From NCBI GenBank assembly GCA_964106645.2, contig OZ067038.1: 64,000 nt of DNA; one strand, 5' to 3'. Positions 41,149 to 55,600 of the stretch are shown here, one piece after another. How positions within the stretch are numbered: position 1 is the stretch's first letter; every line of letters begins with the position of its first letter. The notes under the pieces were generated by a model. It had not been told where the DNA came from, ran no database searches, and saw only the letters and a list, made by a program, of their open reading frames with translations. Made by a program: the position numbers and the translations under genes. Source of the DNA: Podarcis pityusensis. Its lineage: Eukaryota.

Positions 41149-44100
41149 TGCAGTGCCACCTTAAGCTCTTTGGAGACAAGGTGGGATATAAATGTAATCA
41201 TGAAAGAGGGGGAAACACAAGGGAGTGCATGCCCATGTAACATACGTGCCAAGAGAGTCTGACTAAATGCCTTACCAAAGTAATTTTCACAGGACATTGT
41301 CAGAGTTTGGGGAAGGGCTGTAGCTCAGTGGTAGAGCATATGCTTTGCATGCAGAAGGTCCCAGGTTCAATCCCTGGGTTCTCCAGGTATGACTGGGAAT
41401 GCCCTCTGTCTGGAGCCCTGGAAAGTCACTGCCAGTCTGTGTAGACAATACTGAAGTAGATGCCTGACTTGGTGTATTTCAACAAAGAATATACAGGGTG
41501 TAGTGATATACAAGCAAATTTTGTGTGTGACTTTGACTTGGTGTATGGCAGCTGCCTTTGTTTCCAATTTCAAGAATGAGGTTCAAGGGGCAATGACCAT
41601 ACCATCCCCTGCCCAACTGGCTTAGTGCCAAGCAATTTATTTCCCAATGTACTGAAATTACCCTGGAAGGCCTCTGCCTTGCCTTCAGGTAATCAGCTCA
41701 GCTTGTTTTCTGCATGCATTGGAACTTCCTTTGGTCCACGCAACAATCCCCAATAGTTTAATTTCTAACCTGGAAATTCTCAAACCCGAAGATATCCAGG
41801 ATTCCAACAGACTTAAAGTTTTCCTTCCCTTTTATCTTTGAGTTAATCTTGCCAATGATCCATGAGAAGCACTGTGAATAAAGGGCCATGGCGAGGGAGT
41901 CTCTAGAGTCAGCAGCCTAGGGGCAAACAGGGAGGAAGACAATGCTTGTCAGTAAGCAATGAAGGGGGGGGGGAGAGAGAGACACCAAACATCACTCTAT
42001 ATGCTGGAGAGCAACACAGCAAACCATGGGGAGATCGAGGCAGCAAAGGCCTGGCAAATGAACATTATCCCTGGGAAACTAATTTTAAGTATAGAACAGC
42101 AGAGAAACTGCAGCTGAAACTCAGGTGCCTGAATTGCCAAGGATGGGATGACTGCTATCAAGCATGCCTCCCAACTCCATCTGTGCCAAACTAGGCCTTG
42201 CTCTCACCATGAGAAAATGAGGTATAAACCTGGGTCTGGACTGCAAGTGGGGGACTTACATACTATATACATAGGCATGTTTTGAAGAAAAGGGTCTAGC
42301 CTAGTCTTTTACACGGCATGCAAGCCTTCCATGAAGAGGAATCTGAAACGGTCCAGTGGAGACATGTAGTTTCATTGCCTTGGTTACTGTTTGTGAGAAT
42401 TAGGCCCTTGTCAGTCCAAGCTTCCTCCTCTAGGAGGGGGCCTAAAGAAGCCCCTTTGCTTTCCTCCATCAGCTGCCTCACACTACCAAGTGTTTTCACT
42501 TCTCGCAGGCAGGGCCGTCTTTACCAAGGGATGCAAGGGGTGGGGGGCACCTGGGTGCTGAATTTGGGGGTACGCCCGGCACGCACTGCTGAAGCCGCTG
42601 AAGCTCTTAACTATCTACCTGTTATGAAATAATAAAGAATTCTGATCAAGCTAGAAAAACAAAATACACATATACCTAGGTATTACCGAAATGTATACCT
42701 ACTGTTTCACTAAAGGACTTTTGACTTTGTGCGCTCATTTACCAAAGACGCACCGCACCAGCGGCACTTGTCAGACTCAACGACAGCACTTGTAATTCAC
42801 AACAGTGCCGTGCATGCGAAATTAACTCTTACATCAAAATATTATGTTACGTATTGTATTGAGCTACTATGCAGCAGTGGGGTCAGCGGCACCTTTGACA
42901 CGACTGATGTTCCTCCTAAGTAGGTGCCTAAATAATGCTTATAAGTTTAAGTGTGGTGTGTTGTATACTTACGTATAAATGTATTGTAAATAAATGAGCA
43001 AATAAAAAAGTTTGTTTCTTTTTCCTCCCTTTCGTAAACAAGAGATAAGGCATAAGTGTGGTGTCTGACATAAGCATAATAAAAGTTAATTTGGGGGCTA
43101 AACTAAATTTGGGGGTGCTGGGTGGATCTTTGCACCCCGGCGGCGCATATGCTAAGACAGGAAACCACAGATCAGAAGGCAGGAGAGCCACAAGGTCTCT
43201 CCTTTGGCTCAGTGACCACCACTGTCCTTTAGGAAGCCTGAGGCCTAAACCACACGTTACAAGGAATACTTGGTGGCTGCCTCCTTGCATCTCCTCAGTA
43301 ATATTTAGTCAAGGAAGATGCATGATGCCAGCACATTGAGACTTTCCCTGCCCCTGCTCTGCATCACTGGTTGCTGCTTGCAGGGGGAAAGGAAACTCTG
43401 GGCAAAGTGACGCCCTCTCAAATGGTCTTTAACTAAACAGGGCCAAAAAGACATGGTGGAAAGATGCAGCTGGGCAACAGCTACACATTCCCTGCATTGT
43501 ATAGTTTGGGCCGGAACCAACTGCGCTTAGCGAAGCACAGACAGGGAGGAGCAGAACTCAAGTGGCCAGACTGCCTGGTAATTCAACATCTCTGCAACAT
43601 CTTCCAGGAACGGGCACTTGACTCAACACACCCGGGACTAGGACAAAAGCAGGGGTGGGCGGCACACAGACACGTGCGTTCTGTCAAAGGCCCCATTGAC
43701 TGGCCTCAGCTCCTTCTGTCTAACACACTGGAAAATGCCAGTGCTTGGCATTATAATTAGCTCTGCGTACGCTGCAAACTGACTGGCATCACATTCTCTC
43801 ATGCATCTGGCAATAGTTGGCTGGCATTCCTGGAAGGCTGGGATGGGGAAAGTGGGCATTTGGCAGCAGGAAGTCTAACTAGTGAGGAAGGGCTATTGAG
43901 GAGTGTGCCACAGTGCCCTCATGTTCTGCTTGCGGGTTTCCAATAGGCATCTGATTTGCCACTGTGGGAAGAGAGTGCTGGACTGAGTGGGCCTTTGGCC
44001 TGATGCAACAGGGCTGTATCCTCTGCAGAGTGCTTGCTGCACTTATCTACAAGAGAATCCATTTATTTGCTTGTTGCTTCTCCAGAAACACCCAGCTCAC

Positions 44101-46652
44101 ATTATGCAGCATCTGCAGCAGAGATATTGGCGGGGGGGGGGGGAGACTCAGGCCTGGGGGCCAAATGCAGCCCTCTAACCCACAGGTTTCTACCTAGACC
44201 ACACACCTTACTGGCCACTGCTCTGTACCCTCCTTGAGAGTTTTGCCTGGCTGGAATGTGTCCCTGAACTCTGAGAATGCCTCTTGCTCATCTGGGTGGA
44301 AGATACAGAGACGTTTGAGGCTCCATGCAGAAGTTACCCTACTGTAGAAGAGTCACATTCATCGCTCTGTCCCCATTTACTTTTGGTCCCATTGGCACCA
44401 GCGTGTGGCCCTCAGAAGGCAGCTGAAAAAGATTCCCCAACCCAGCTCTACAGCGGTAAAGTTGTTAACACGGCTGATTCACCCTCTCTTCCTGCCTTGC
44501 AAATGGCTTCCCTACATCCCAGCTTACTCAAATTCCTGAGCCACGGTGCACATTCTGGGAAGCCCTCCTCAAGGGTTGGGGGGCGGGGGGAGTATGTCAT
44601 GTTCAAACCCGAGGCATCCCTCAAGCGCCATTTCCCCTTGACAACTATGTGAGTGCTGCCACCTAGAGGCAAGTGCCCTTCATAGCCAGGCGCCACCACC
44701 ATGCTTAGTGCAAAGCCCTTGGCTACTCACTCACCTGCTCCACAGTGAGGGGAGAGCTGATCTCCTCTCCCCGTAGGAACATGGATCTCTGGGTGAGCAC
44801 CTCAGACAACTGGAAGGCATCCAAGCCAAGCAGCTCGCTGACATTATTCAGCACTAGGAGAGAGGATGATAAAAGAGAGATGGCAGTAATGCTTGCGATA
44901 ATGTGTTCTTATTATGTGGAAGTGATTGCTGAGGGAGGGGGCCTCTCCTCAAAAAGGGACAGGAAGCCAATACAATCAAGAGGCGGGATAGACGTTTGGA
45001 GAGACCTTGCTGGCAACTCTTGATCCCCCAAGACTCCACTGATAGGCCCAGGGGGAAGGCGGGGAAATAACAGAAACACAGCAACTGTGACATTTCAAAA
45101 CGTGTCAAAGCTCTCTCTGGCAAGCCAGCATGACAACTAGGGTAGAGGATTTTTAAGCACGAAACCATAGTTTCACAACATGGTGTGTGCATGTTCGAGC
45201 CCATTCGCACACTCAAAACCTAAGTTGAACTGGGGGTTAAAAATGTACTGTGAATTTAACAGTGTCTCATATTGGGAAGAACTAGACTTGGAATTGTCCC
45301 CCAACTCCTACAGTTCCTGGGTGTCCATTTTGTCCTGTGAACAGTAGCAGAAAGGCAGTAAAGTCTGCCCAGCGGATCAGCATGGTCACCAAAACGATGA
45401 GGGAGGAGAAGCAGATTCCAGGTGGGGACGCCCTTCACAGAAGGGTGCCGCTTACCAGTTTTTGTTGTAATCTGAGCTCCTCCGGCCGTCATAAATTCAA
45501 TGTTTCCAAGTTGCAGTATGCCAGACAGGAGTTTGAAAATGTCTCTGATCTCTTCAGAACTGAATCCCATCACTTCGAGGGCAGTCTGCTCAAAACACAT
45601 TGGAGTTAGGTTAACTCCACTGTCACCCACCACCATCGGGCCAATCTTAGACTTGCTATAAAGCAATCCTTACACATCAGCGCACAGAAACCAGTTTACA
45701 CATCCCTCTGTGAGATTTTGCTTTCTAAGGCTAGCATCCTGAACACACTCACTATGAAGCAGCTGTACTGAGGTCCATGAAACTTACTTCTGAGTAAACC
45801 TACTGTGATCATCCTATTTCAGTCCTTTGGAGAGACTGTTCCATAGACTCACCTGTTTCCTTGATTCCATATTGCAGCTGTGATTTTTGCCACTATGAAC
45901 ACAGAGCCAATAATGCTCTGGGTAATAAGTTGAGCCTGGTTTCAGTTAGCCTTGCACCTTATATCCTGGTGGCAGTCAGACCCAATATGCAAGAGGATCC
46001 ACAACAGGAGCAGAGATCCTGTGACCTTCCAGCTGTTGCTGGACTACAGCTCCCATGATCCCTCAGCAGTATCCGCATTGGCTGACACTGTCCAGAAAAA
46101 TCTGGAGGGCCACAGGATCTCTATCCCTGAGCTACAAGGAGACCCTCTTGTACTTCCAGGCTTTTTCTTAAGTGAATCCTCTTCTGCTCTCTTCCTAGCA
46201 TGCCCTTTCCTTGCCCTTATTCTACAGTCTACCTTTCAATTTTATCTCCTATACAGGACTCTGCTTCAAAAGTGCTTTATAAATAATAAATATGATTCCT
46301 ATAGCACCCTCACATCTTTTCCCTCCTTCTACATTACAAATCAGTGCCCATATTTTTGCAGGCTAAATCCTTCCCCCAGCTCCTTTTTTAAGTGATGGGA
46401 ACAAATGTAGTAGTGCAGAACTGCAAGAAACAATGGGGGAAATACGCTAGTGGGCAGACAATGAGAAGTGTCGTCAAGCTACCATTACTTTAGTCTAAGC
46501 AGCCTCTCTAAATTGCTATCAAACAAAGCACCCAATTAGCAGGCACCACGTACAGACAGCCATCAAGAGTGAAAAATGATCCTCTTGCATTCAGTTATTT
46601 TGCAATTTAGTCTTCATCGAAGGAAGAGGCACACCTTTCCCTTTAAACACAC

Positions 46653-46699
<47 letters not shown>

Positions 46700-49600
46700 C
46701 CTGCCCTCACAGCATTGCCTAATGCAGGTGTGCGAAACCTTTGTATCCCCCAGTTGTTGCTGAACTACAACATGCATCATCCCTGGCCATTGGCCATGCT
46801 TGCTAGGGCTGATGGGAGTTGTAGTTCTTCAACATCTGGAGGGCCACAGCTTACCCACACCTAGCCTAAAGTCTTGCCTGGAGTCAAAAGGAAGACTCAC
46901 CATGACCTTGCTGAACATCTCTTTGTCGTCCAGGTTCTCATTGGTTACACAGCCAGACTGGTTTAAGTAACGATAGCTCTTGGGCTCCAGCAGGACCAGG
47001 GCTTCTGTAGGGAGGCAGCTCCCCAAAGGAGAAGCAAACATATTGGAGGTCGGGGTAGGAGGGTGGGGGGAGAGAAGAGGCAAACAAACAGGGAGAGATG
47101 AGCCAGGGACATCCAGAAAGCAACCAACTCTTCTTCCACTTGCTCCTTTCTCTGGGGTTGTCTATACAGCACTCCCAGTTCAACATCATAGGACCAAACC
47201 ACAGCATGGCAGTCTCCCCCCAAAACAACAACAACTCAAGGACAATATATTGTGGAATAAGTTGTGGGGAGCCAACACTAGCCTGTAACTGTCTTGTCCA
47301 CAGCAGAAATAAGGCATTTTTAAATTGTAAGCAGCCCTGGCAACTTGCAGTTTTGAATGGCAAGTGAGAGGGGTACTTAATCCATGAGTTAAAAACATAA
47401 GAAGGATCCTGCTGGGTCAGTTTAAAGGCCTATCTAGTCCAGCATTCTGCTTCCCACAGTGGCCAACCTGTGGTGAAAGCAGCCTGGATGGGTGGTTTAG
47501 AGTTGGAAAAGAGGAAGTGGGTTAAGCGGTTTAAGTATACCCTCCTTTTGCTGCTCCTCTGCTCAAAATTAGAGACACCCAATGCTGTTTTACTCTTCTT
47601 TTCTTTTCAAATAAACTTGCTAGGAAGTAACTTGTAATGTCTAGTTTGCCCCAATGCTCAAAATACTGGGAACTAAACAACCAATTCCCAGGCATCTAAT
47701 TGCAGAAGACTTCTAAACCCAGTTATTGGTGCATCAGTAAGTACAGCAGCAATTCTGCCAAATAGATATACCTTCCTGTGGTTGCCAGCAGAAATTCCCC
47801 CTTCTCCAGTCCAGGGACTGCTAAAGTGTGTGAAGATACCATATTACTCTGCTAGGGGCATTCCTGGATGCCACTGCAAATTCCCTCTCTGCCAATCTGA
47901 GATCTAGGGTTGCCATATTTCAAAAAGTAAAAACCAGGACACCCCGAAAGTTGTTGAACTTTTTTTAGGAAGCAGAGTTTGGCCCAGTTGCAGACAGACC
48001 ACAGAGGAAATACCACAAATTCCACTCACTGGAATCTGAGGTCAGGGGTTTCCAGCTCCATTCCCAGGCTCACTAGGGTCCTGATAAAAGTATTATTTAA
48101 GTGGGTACCAAAGCTTTGTCTCTGTATCAGAAGCTACACCCTTTCCCTCTTAAACTAGGCCGACTGCATCAGAAATAAAGGCTACTCCCTCCAAAACAAC
48201 CCAAGCAGAGAATGGCCCGAGGAAGTCTGAGATGCGTCTCCAATGCAAATTTTTCATGGCTAATTCCAATTTCAGCCTTGCTTTTTGTAGTGCCCCACAT
48301 TCATCAAGGGATTTCTGGGACACAAACCCCTGAGGCATTTTCCTCAAACAATTCAACCAAAGTTTTCTTGCTTCTAGTGTAAGGTTCCCCACCCCCACCC
48401 CCAGCTTTGAATTTGTGGCTACGGTTAACGTGGTGGTATGTAACATGGAAAACTAACCATTGCTAATTCAACTGATTTAGGTCACGGACAATCCCTCAAA
48501 GGAAGAAGGGGGTTCTGGGGGAAATGTGCAAGTCTTCCTGTGGCAGGAGGGAGGGGAAGTTGAATCTGATCAGCGGCAAGGCACAGGGAGCTGCAAAAGG
48601 CGTGATGGGCTGGGAGATTTAGAAAGGGCTGGTGGAAAGAAGAGAGCAATGCTCTGACCAGCCCTCGAGAAAATCATGCCTCTGTTAACTGTCCAAGGAC
48701 ATAGTTAAGTACAGAAACTGGGCTATTGATTCTGTGGGTAACGCAGGTGTCTCCCTGCTCCCTTCTGCACTCGTCTCCTACAAGAGGGACGAGTAGGCCT
48801 TAAACAGGAAATACAAGGCATCATTTAAATACACTGTCTCAAGAGTGGACTTGAGATATGATATCCCTTCTTGAAGTTGTAGGAGAAATGCCATTCACAA
48901 ACTAGAATTCTGAGTTCAGGACTCCACCATTAATTTGTACAGAGCAAGGGTGCGTCAGGGGCCAAATCCAGCCCTCTAGGCCTCTCTGTCTACTCTTTGG
49001 CACTCTCCCCAGACCATACTCCGCCCCTCACTGGTCCCTCAAGTGTTTCTGTCTAGAATGAGTCCTGACAGCGCCTCTCACTTGCCTGGATGGAAGACAG
49101 AAGGGTCTTTGTGTGAAAACTGGCCTGCTGTATAAAGGTATCATTTACACCTGCTGTTCGACTTGCTTTCGCCTCTGGCTCCACCCACCACTGGCATGTG
49201 GCCCTCAGAGCACTGACTGGAAAGGAATGTGGCCCGCAGCCTGACAAAAGTTTCCCACCCTGGTGTATATTTTTATCCTTAAGATTCTGAGCCTGTTCCT
49301 CCTCTGAAACCTGGGGTATTAGCCTGCTCTCTGAGCCACTCTGCCTACTGCAAGAGTGGGGATCCTCCAGCCCACATGGGCAATCTTGGCCCTCCAGGGG
49401 CTTCAGTTTGGTCTGCAAGGCCAAACCACACCCACTCATTCATCAGCTGACATCAGTGGTGACATGAGCAGATGAGCGGGAGGACAAGGTTTAATCCTGC
49501 ACTGCCTGCCCACATGTCCCGTTTCCAGCAGGGAACACTATCACACAGCAAAAGGCAGCAAGATTTAATCTCCACTTATCAGCTGATGGGCGGAAATTAA

Positions 49601-52600
49601 AGCCTTCTCAAAATTGCAGCTCGTGTGCTTCTCCAGCTAGCAGCAGAAGCAAGAGGAGGGGGAGAAGAGTCTACCCCCCCTCCCCTCTGCCACCAAGCAC
49701 CAGCTCACAGGAGAAGCAGCACTTTTGAGAAGCGCATTAAGAGAAACCCCTGGTCCAGTTTCAGCTGAAACGAGTCTATGGGAGCTGCTTCTCCCATGAA
49801 CAGGAGGGTGGCAACAAGGGGGAGGTGGGGAGAGGCTCTTGTCCTTTGCTTGGCTGCTGCCACTGCCCCCAGGAGAAGAGCACAGAGTTCCAATCCTTTG
49901 CAAGCCTCCCTCCCTTGGTTGAAGTTCAGTGCCAAAAGGATTTTGACTGGTGAATGGCCCTGCCCACCTGTCAAGTTTGGCTTGTCAGGAACCCTAATAA
50001 GGATCTGGCCCAAAAAGGTTCCCCATCCCAGCCTGACTGCAGGAGATTGCTCTTCTCATTGAATGAGAGAATGCAACTTTGTGATTCCTCATTACCTCTG
50101 TGTTCTTCGCTGACGCCCGCTAACAAGGCATAGAAGATATGATAATTACGTTCCTCCGGGTTCTGGTGAACAACTCTGTTCTGAAACAAAGAAGAATGAA
50201 GGGTGTGTGACCCCAAAGGCACACACAAACTAGCAGAACTCCTGGCAATGAAATATGTGCTTGACATAGGACAGCCACTGTGCTTAGCCCTGTTTCTGCT
50301 ACATCAACAGCATGAAAAGAATCCAGGTAGGTGTGCATTGCCACATAGTTTGACATGCAATAGGTCCTGGGGTCTATGCAAGAATGAGGGAAGTCCACAC
50401 TAAAACCCATAACCAGTCACTGGTTAATCTCCATTTCCATGCGCCAAATTATATCCCTCCTTGAGTGGGAGGACTGAGGTCTTGTGCTGTCTTCCTTCAC
50501 TGCCATTTTCTTGTGGCTGCTCCTTCACTACTACTGCAGCCTCTCTCCCTTTTTTCTTTTTGATTAATTTAGCACCATTTCATCCATGCACTTTCCCACC
50601 GGGACACGTTGCTCATTTGCCTACTTCACAGTCTCAGAATCTGACTACTCCCTTTTCCCTAGCAAAGCAAATCAGCCTCACTCCTCCCTTTTCAGTACTG
50701 TCTTGTGTGTGGGTCCATTAGTGCAATTGCACAGATGCAATTGCGCAAAACAGGACATTTATTAATAACATAGATGTTCAAGGATGAGGAAGCATATATA
50801 TTATGGGAAACTCATGGTTCTTTCTGAGATGGTGAAGGTTTATAGTGAAATGAAACAAAAAAAAGGGAATATAGCTGAATGTAGTGCGGACACACCAGAG
50901 TTTCTACTGAGCAGAACTTTTAGGGGTGTTGAAACAGTACTCTACCCAGGAGTAGCCATCATAGCATCTCCATATCATCTGGACATTGTGAAGGGGCAAA
51001 GAAGAGGGACACGGTCAAAATAAACTTTACTCACCTTCTCCAATAAATCTGAGCAATGAGTTAAGGTGGAAGCAATGGTACAATGGCTCCTAGAAAGACT
51101 TCCCAGTGTCTGCCAAAGAATCTTTCAACGACATAGGAATCTGGCTGCAAAGAACTCTGTCCCCAACTTACATAGGCCAGGATTGTTTCACTCCTGGATT
51201 CTAAATGGTTAGAGAGCTACCCTCTTTTGCAAAGGAAAACTCAACACAGAATCGGAAGTGAGCTGGAAAATGGGGAGGAAGGTCCCCTTGCCTGACATGA
51301 TTATACCCTGATAAGTCAGCAGTGGAGACACAACCAAATCACCAGCTCCGCTTGGCCTTGGGTGTGCGCTAAGGTAATCAAGGATAAAACCACCAAAAAG
51401 AAGGATACAGTCAGTGACTCTCCCACCCTGGATATGCCCATGCTGGGAAAAGTGCAGCTGGATGAACTTGCCAAAGCGACTAGAATTGTTGTTGTAGACT
51501 GTCTTGGCATTTCCAAAAGCCTCCAGTACTGGGCTAGGAAGGAAGGAAGGAAGGAAGGAGATTAGTAGTGATGTTTGGGGTGTATAATAAGGGTAGGCTG
51601 CACTTTCTTTAACTCTAGGCACAAGTTTACTGTGGAGACCTTTCAAATTTTGAGGAACTGAGCTCTCTCTTAACAAAAACAACAACTCCCTCCAAAAAAC
51701 AAACCTTCCAAGTTTCTAGCCCTCATGTCTGCAATGACAGACTTGACATCTCCAAAGTCTGTGTTTACTGCAACTTGCTCCTTCCCCTTGACCAGCAGAA
51801 GCAGAATCAACCAAATATATGTGAACGTTTTCAATTAATGCTGCACAACCCTGCTTTTCTTAGTGCACCAAGCAGTCCCACTTAAACATGTCGGACACCT
51901 GAGGAAATGGACATGGAAACAGCCACCAGGAATGAGCATGGCAGGCTTTGCTCCCCTGGTTCAAAACAGCACAGACCGCTAACCTTTGAAGGGTACCTAG
52001 GAAAAGTCAGGCAGATGGATTCTCCATATCAAGTGCAGAAATATTCCAAGGAATAAGAACTTTTGCTGGACACTCTCTATGCATTACAGCCCCCTAGCTG
52101 AAAAAGGAAGTTTGCGGGCCATAACTAGAAGGCAGACAGTTGGGAAGCTGCAGTGCCAGTCCTACCCCTTGTCCGTGACATGGCTCCCCTGAGAGGAGAC
52201 ACCTCCAAACCGCACACTCACGCCAACCCTGTGCTGTGTGGGCTTGTACCTGCTCTCCATGATGGCCTCCTCCACATGTGTGCTCTTCTCTGACGCAGGG
52301 CCGCCCAATGAGGTCTGGCTCATGGCTGATAGGAACTTCAGCAGCAACTTGGTGCTCTCTGTCTTTCCAGCTCCACTTTCACCACTGTTAAATGGACAGC
52401 CAAAACAACCTGCTCAGGACAGCACCAACCAAAGGGAATGCCAGCCTTAATGGCAAGTCAGAAAGAATGGCTCCAGAATGTACGTGCAGCACTCCCCCCA
52501 AAATCCCGACTAATGGTTGGGGAGATGTTTGCTGCAATGAGCATAAAAAGATAAGGAGAGCCCTGGTGCAGCAGTCCAGCTGCCCACCCTGGTTCAACAA

Positions 52601-55600
52601 CTGGTATTCAGAGGCATACGGCCTTCAAAAATGGAGGTACAACACTTAAGAGTCTTATCCTCTGTGAATTTGCCCAATCGCTTTTAAAGATGGCGGCCAT
52701 CGCTACATCCTCCATTGTTTAACTATATGCTATTGGGGGGGCGGGTTTGCTTTGATTCATCTGCCCTCCTGATCCAAAGTGCCTCCCTCACCTGATGAGG
52801 ACGCATTGGCTGTCATGGCGCCTCCACAGGCAGCTGTAGCACTCGCTGGCTGTGGCAAAGATGTGGGGTGGCAGCTCACCCAGACAGTGCTGGCGGTACA
52901 GGTCAATGGCATCAGCATCATACAATCCAGCGATGGGCTTGTAGGGATTCACAGAGACCAGGATGGAGCCGATGTTTGTCTGGAGGAGAAAGCGGAAAGA
53001 ACAGCAAAATAAACAAGTGGTTTTAGTGAGCTGCTGGGGACCAACTCCATACATTTGTACACATGCGCTTCTGTAAGAGCCGCCACTCACCATTTGCCAC
53101 AAGAGGGCAATATTCTACCTCCCTCCAGGCACTTTGAACCCATAAAATCTGACAGTGCTCAAATGCTAATAAGCTCCATACAGAGTGATTTGTTTCAGTC
53201 ACCTTCTTGCAAATATCTACATGAATTGCCATATTATTACAGATAGTTCTGTTTGTGTTCAGGCCAGCCAGAGGCCTTCCAAAAAGAGACGCAAGCACAG
53301 ATCTTGTAAGATCAACAATCACAAATCTCCCACCTATCACACAGTTTGGCCCTCAGACCTACTTTGGGCTTACTGATATCCTTCTGGAGAGGATAAGGAA
53401 CATCAAAGGCTATTATATACCTGAGGGTGGAAAGGATCCATCATTCTCAGGACAGCAATCAATGGTTTTAAGTAGAGGCCAGGTCTTGAAAGAAGGCTTA
53501 AAAGGACTGAGCCTCCTCAGCCCAGCCAAAAAAAGAAAAGAAAAAAAGGGAAGCTAAGAGGGTACATTACAGCTCTCTAAAAATAATTGGAGGGAGGTAG
53601 CTATTAATGTAGAGGGAGACATGCTAATTTAGGGTACAGGACATTACTGAGAACAAGAAGAAACTATTATATAAGCTGCCCATTCAACAAAATGCAGGAT
53701 GCATTCTAATGGTCAGAAGAATTCATATTTGGGAAGAATATCCCTAGGGGACCTTCAGCAATGAAGATTTTTTTATTAGTTTTTTTTAAACGGAGCTAAG
53801 TACATTTCAGGGATACTAAATTATGTACCTGAAGTTTCACTGGAGCCTACCCAGGGTGGAGCAAGAATGTTTCCTCCTATTTATTGCCCCCCCTCCAAAT
53901 CCTTCCTCAGAGGTAGAGATGACCACAACTGGAGATGGGACATTAGATGGGCAGTACTATCGTGCTCAAGTGGCAAGGAAACCTCTATGGGATTCTTAGG
54001 GTTTCTTGACAAGTCATGACCTTGGGCTGAGGGGAAGCCTCATCTCTGTAAGGATTGGGCAGGGAATCATCCTTGGTGGCCTCTCTCCCGTTCCTTTCTT
54101 TCCCTGTATTACTCCTTGGCCATGCTTTGAAGAAGCAGGACACCACTGTGCAGGCTTGGCTGAATGGGAGTAGGCCGGGATGTTTCTGGGAGTGGGGTGG
54201 GCAAAGAAAAACACCGAAAGGGGGAAGCAGGATAGTTTCTCAGAAAACAAGAACAGTGCCTGTACATGTTGCCTCATGTGTCAGGTTCTACAAGATGATG
54301 GAGATGTACTCTTCCTGAAAAAAAGAAAGAAAGCTGGGGAGCTGGTGGTTATGTTTCATGGTGGTGGTGGTGGGGACTGCACAGTAGTCTTTAATTCACT
54401 CGGCCTGGTTCACTGAACAAGCAACCACGCTGGGGCACAATGAGAAAATCTACTTCATTTCCTCCTGCTGCAATGCTGCTGAGAGCTAAGCCAATGTTAC
54501 ATCCAAATCCAGGCTTGTGATTTGCCTCACTCCAAATAAACCATGAACTCTAACCAAGGTTTCTTCTTGGTTCATGGTTTGTTTGAGGGAGGCAAACCAT
54601 GACATAACACCAAAGGCATACGGTGTCTTGTTTTTTGGTAGCACGGCAGGAGCAGGCCTGGTTCTGATGTCAAAAAATACAGTTTAGCATTGTGGGAACA
54701 AGGCTAGCTTCCTTCTTGTGCACCCCTCTCTTCCTCCTCTGGCACAGTCACAAGAGGCCATCAAGAAGCTTTCAATTCTTGATTAAATTAACTTCAGCTT
54801 GCTATGACATCTGAATCTAGCAAAGTGTGCTTAATTTTAAATATGCTTTGTTTGAAACCCAATTTCAAACCATAGTTTATGAAGCTGACCTGTTTCAACA
54901 AACCATAGTTAACCATGGGGTTTAGATGACACACTAAAACTTTGGCTAACTGAAAACAGAAGCTAAAGCTTCCAATTCCCTCCTCCTGGCTATGCTAGAG
55001 GAGAGAAGGGGAGTGCACATACTGAAAGCTCACTGCAACTTGCCACGCTAAACTCTGGTTGGCAACCAGTAAGTCTTTTGTATTTCAGAGTGTAATAGCC
55101 CCATCTCTGAGGGAAAATGAATTATAGTAGAATGAAGGTTTTTTATTGTTGTTGTTGGTTTTTTTTAAAAGAAAAGATCAGTTAAATTTTCTGTAATCTC
55201 TTTTGCCCCAAGGTAGAGAGCTATGGGTCTGAAATGTGTCAGGACTTACTGCCTCTCACAATAAATCTTTAAGCGCCTCCTGGGATTTAAAAAAAATATC
55301 CACAGGCATACATCCTCCTGCCTAAATCTTCTCTCAGCCCACCATCTACAAAATGGGGATAATAACACTGAATGTACAGGGTTGTCACTGGATTACTGAA
55401 ACCAGATTTTACAAGAGACTCTAAGCTACTGCTTCTGAGTGTCTTCACACTCTCCCCTCCTTGGAAAAATCCAACGTAAACCATGTATGGTGGGGGTATC
55501 ATTGCACTGTGTGTGTATGTGTGTGTGCTGCCTGTACCTTGCATCACTGCTTGGCAGGGATGGGGGAATGTACAGTGCAATGGCATTGTGTCATATACTA

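Noticed and set aside
41309-41390. tRNA-Ala(TGC) gene
   Set aside because: The acceptor stem pairs poorly, there is no oligo-T terminator, and it continues into a body repeated at 26310 and 4870, so it is a SINE head.
53485-53800. Old CR1 3' fragment
   Set aside because: There is a resemblance (gaaagaaggcttaaaggactg...gaagctaagaggg), but it is too decayed to delimit without an alignment.
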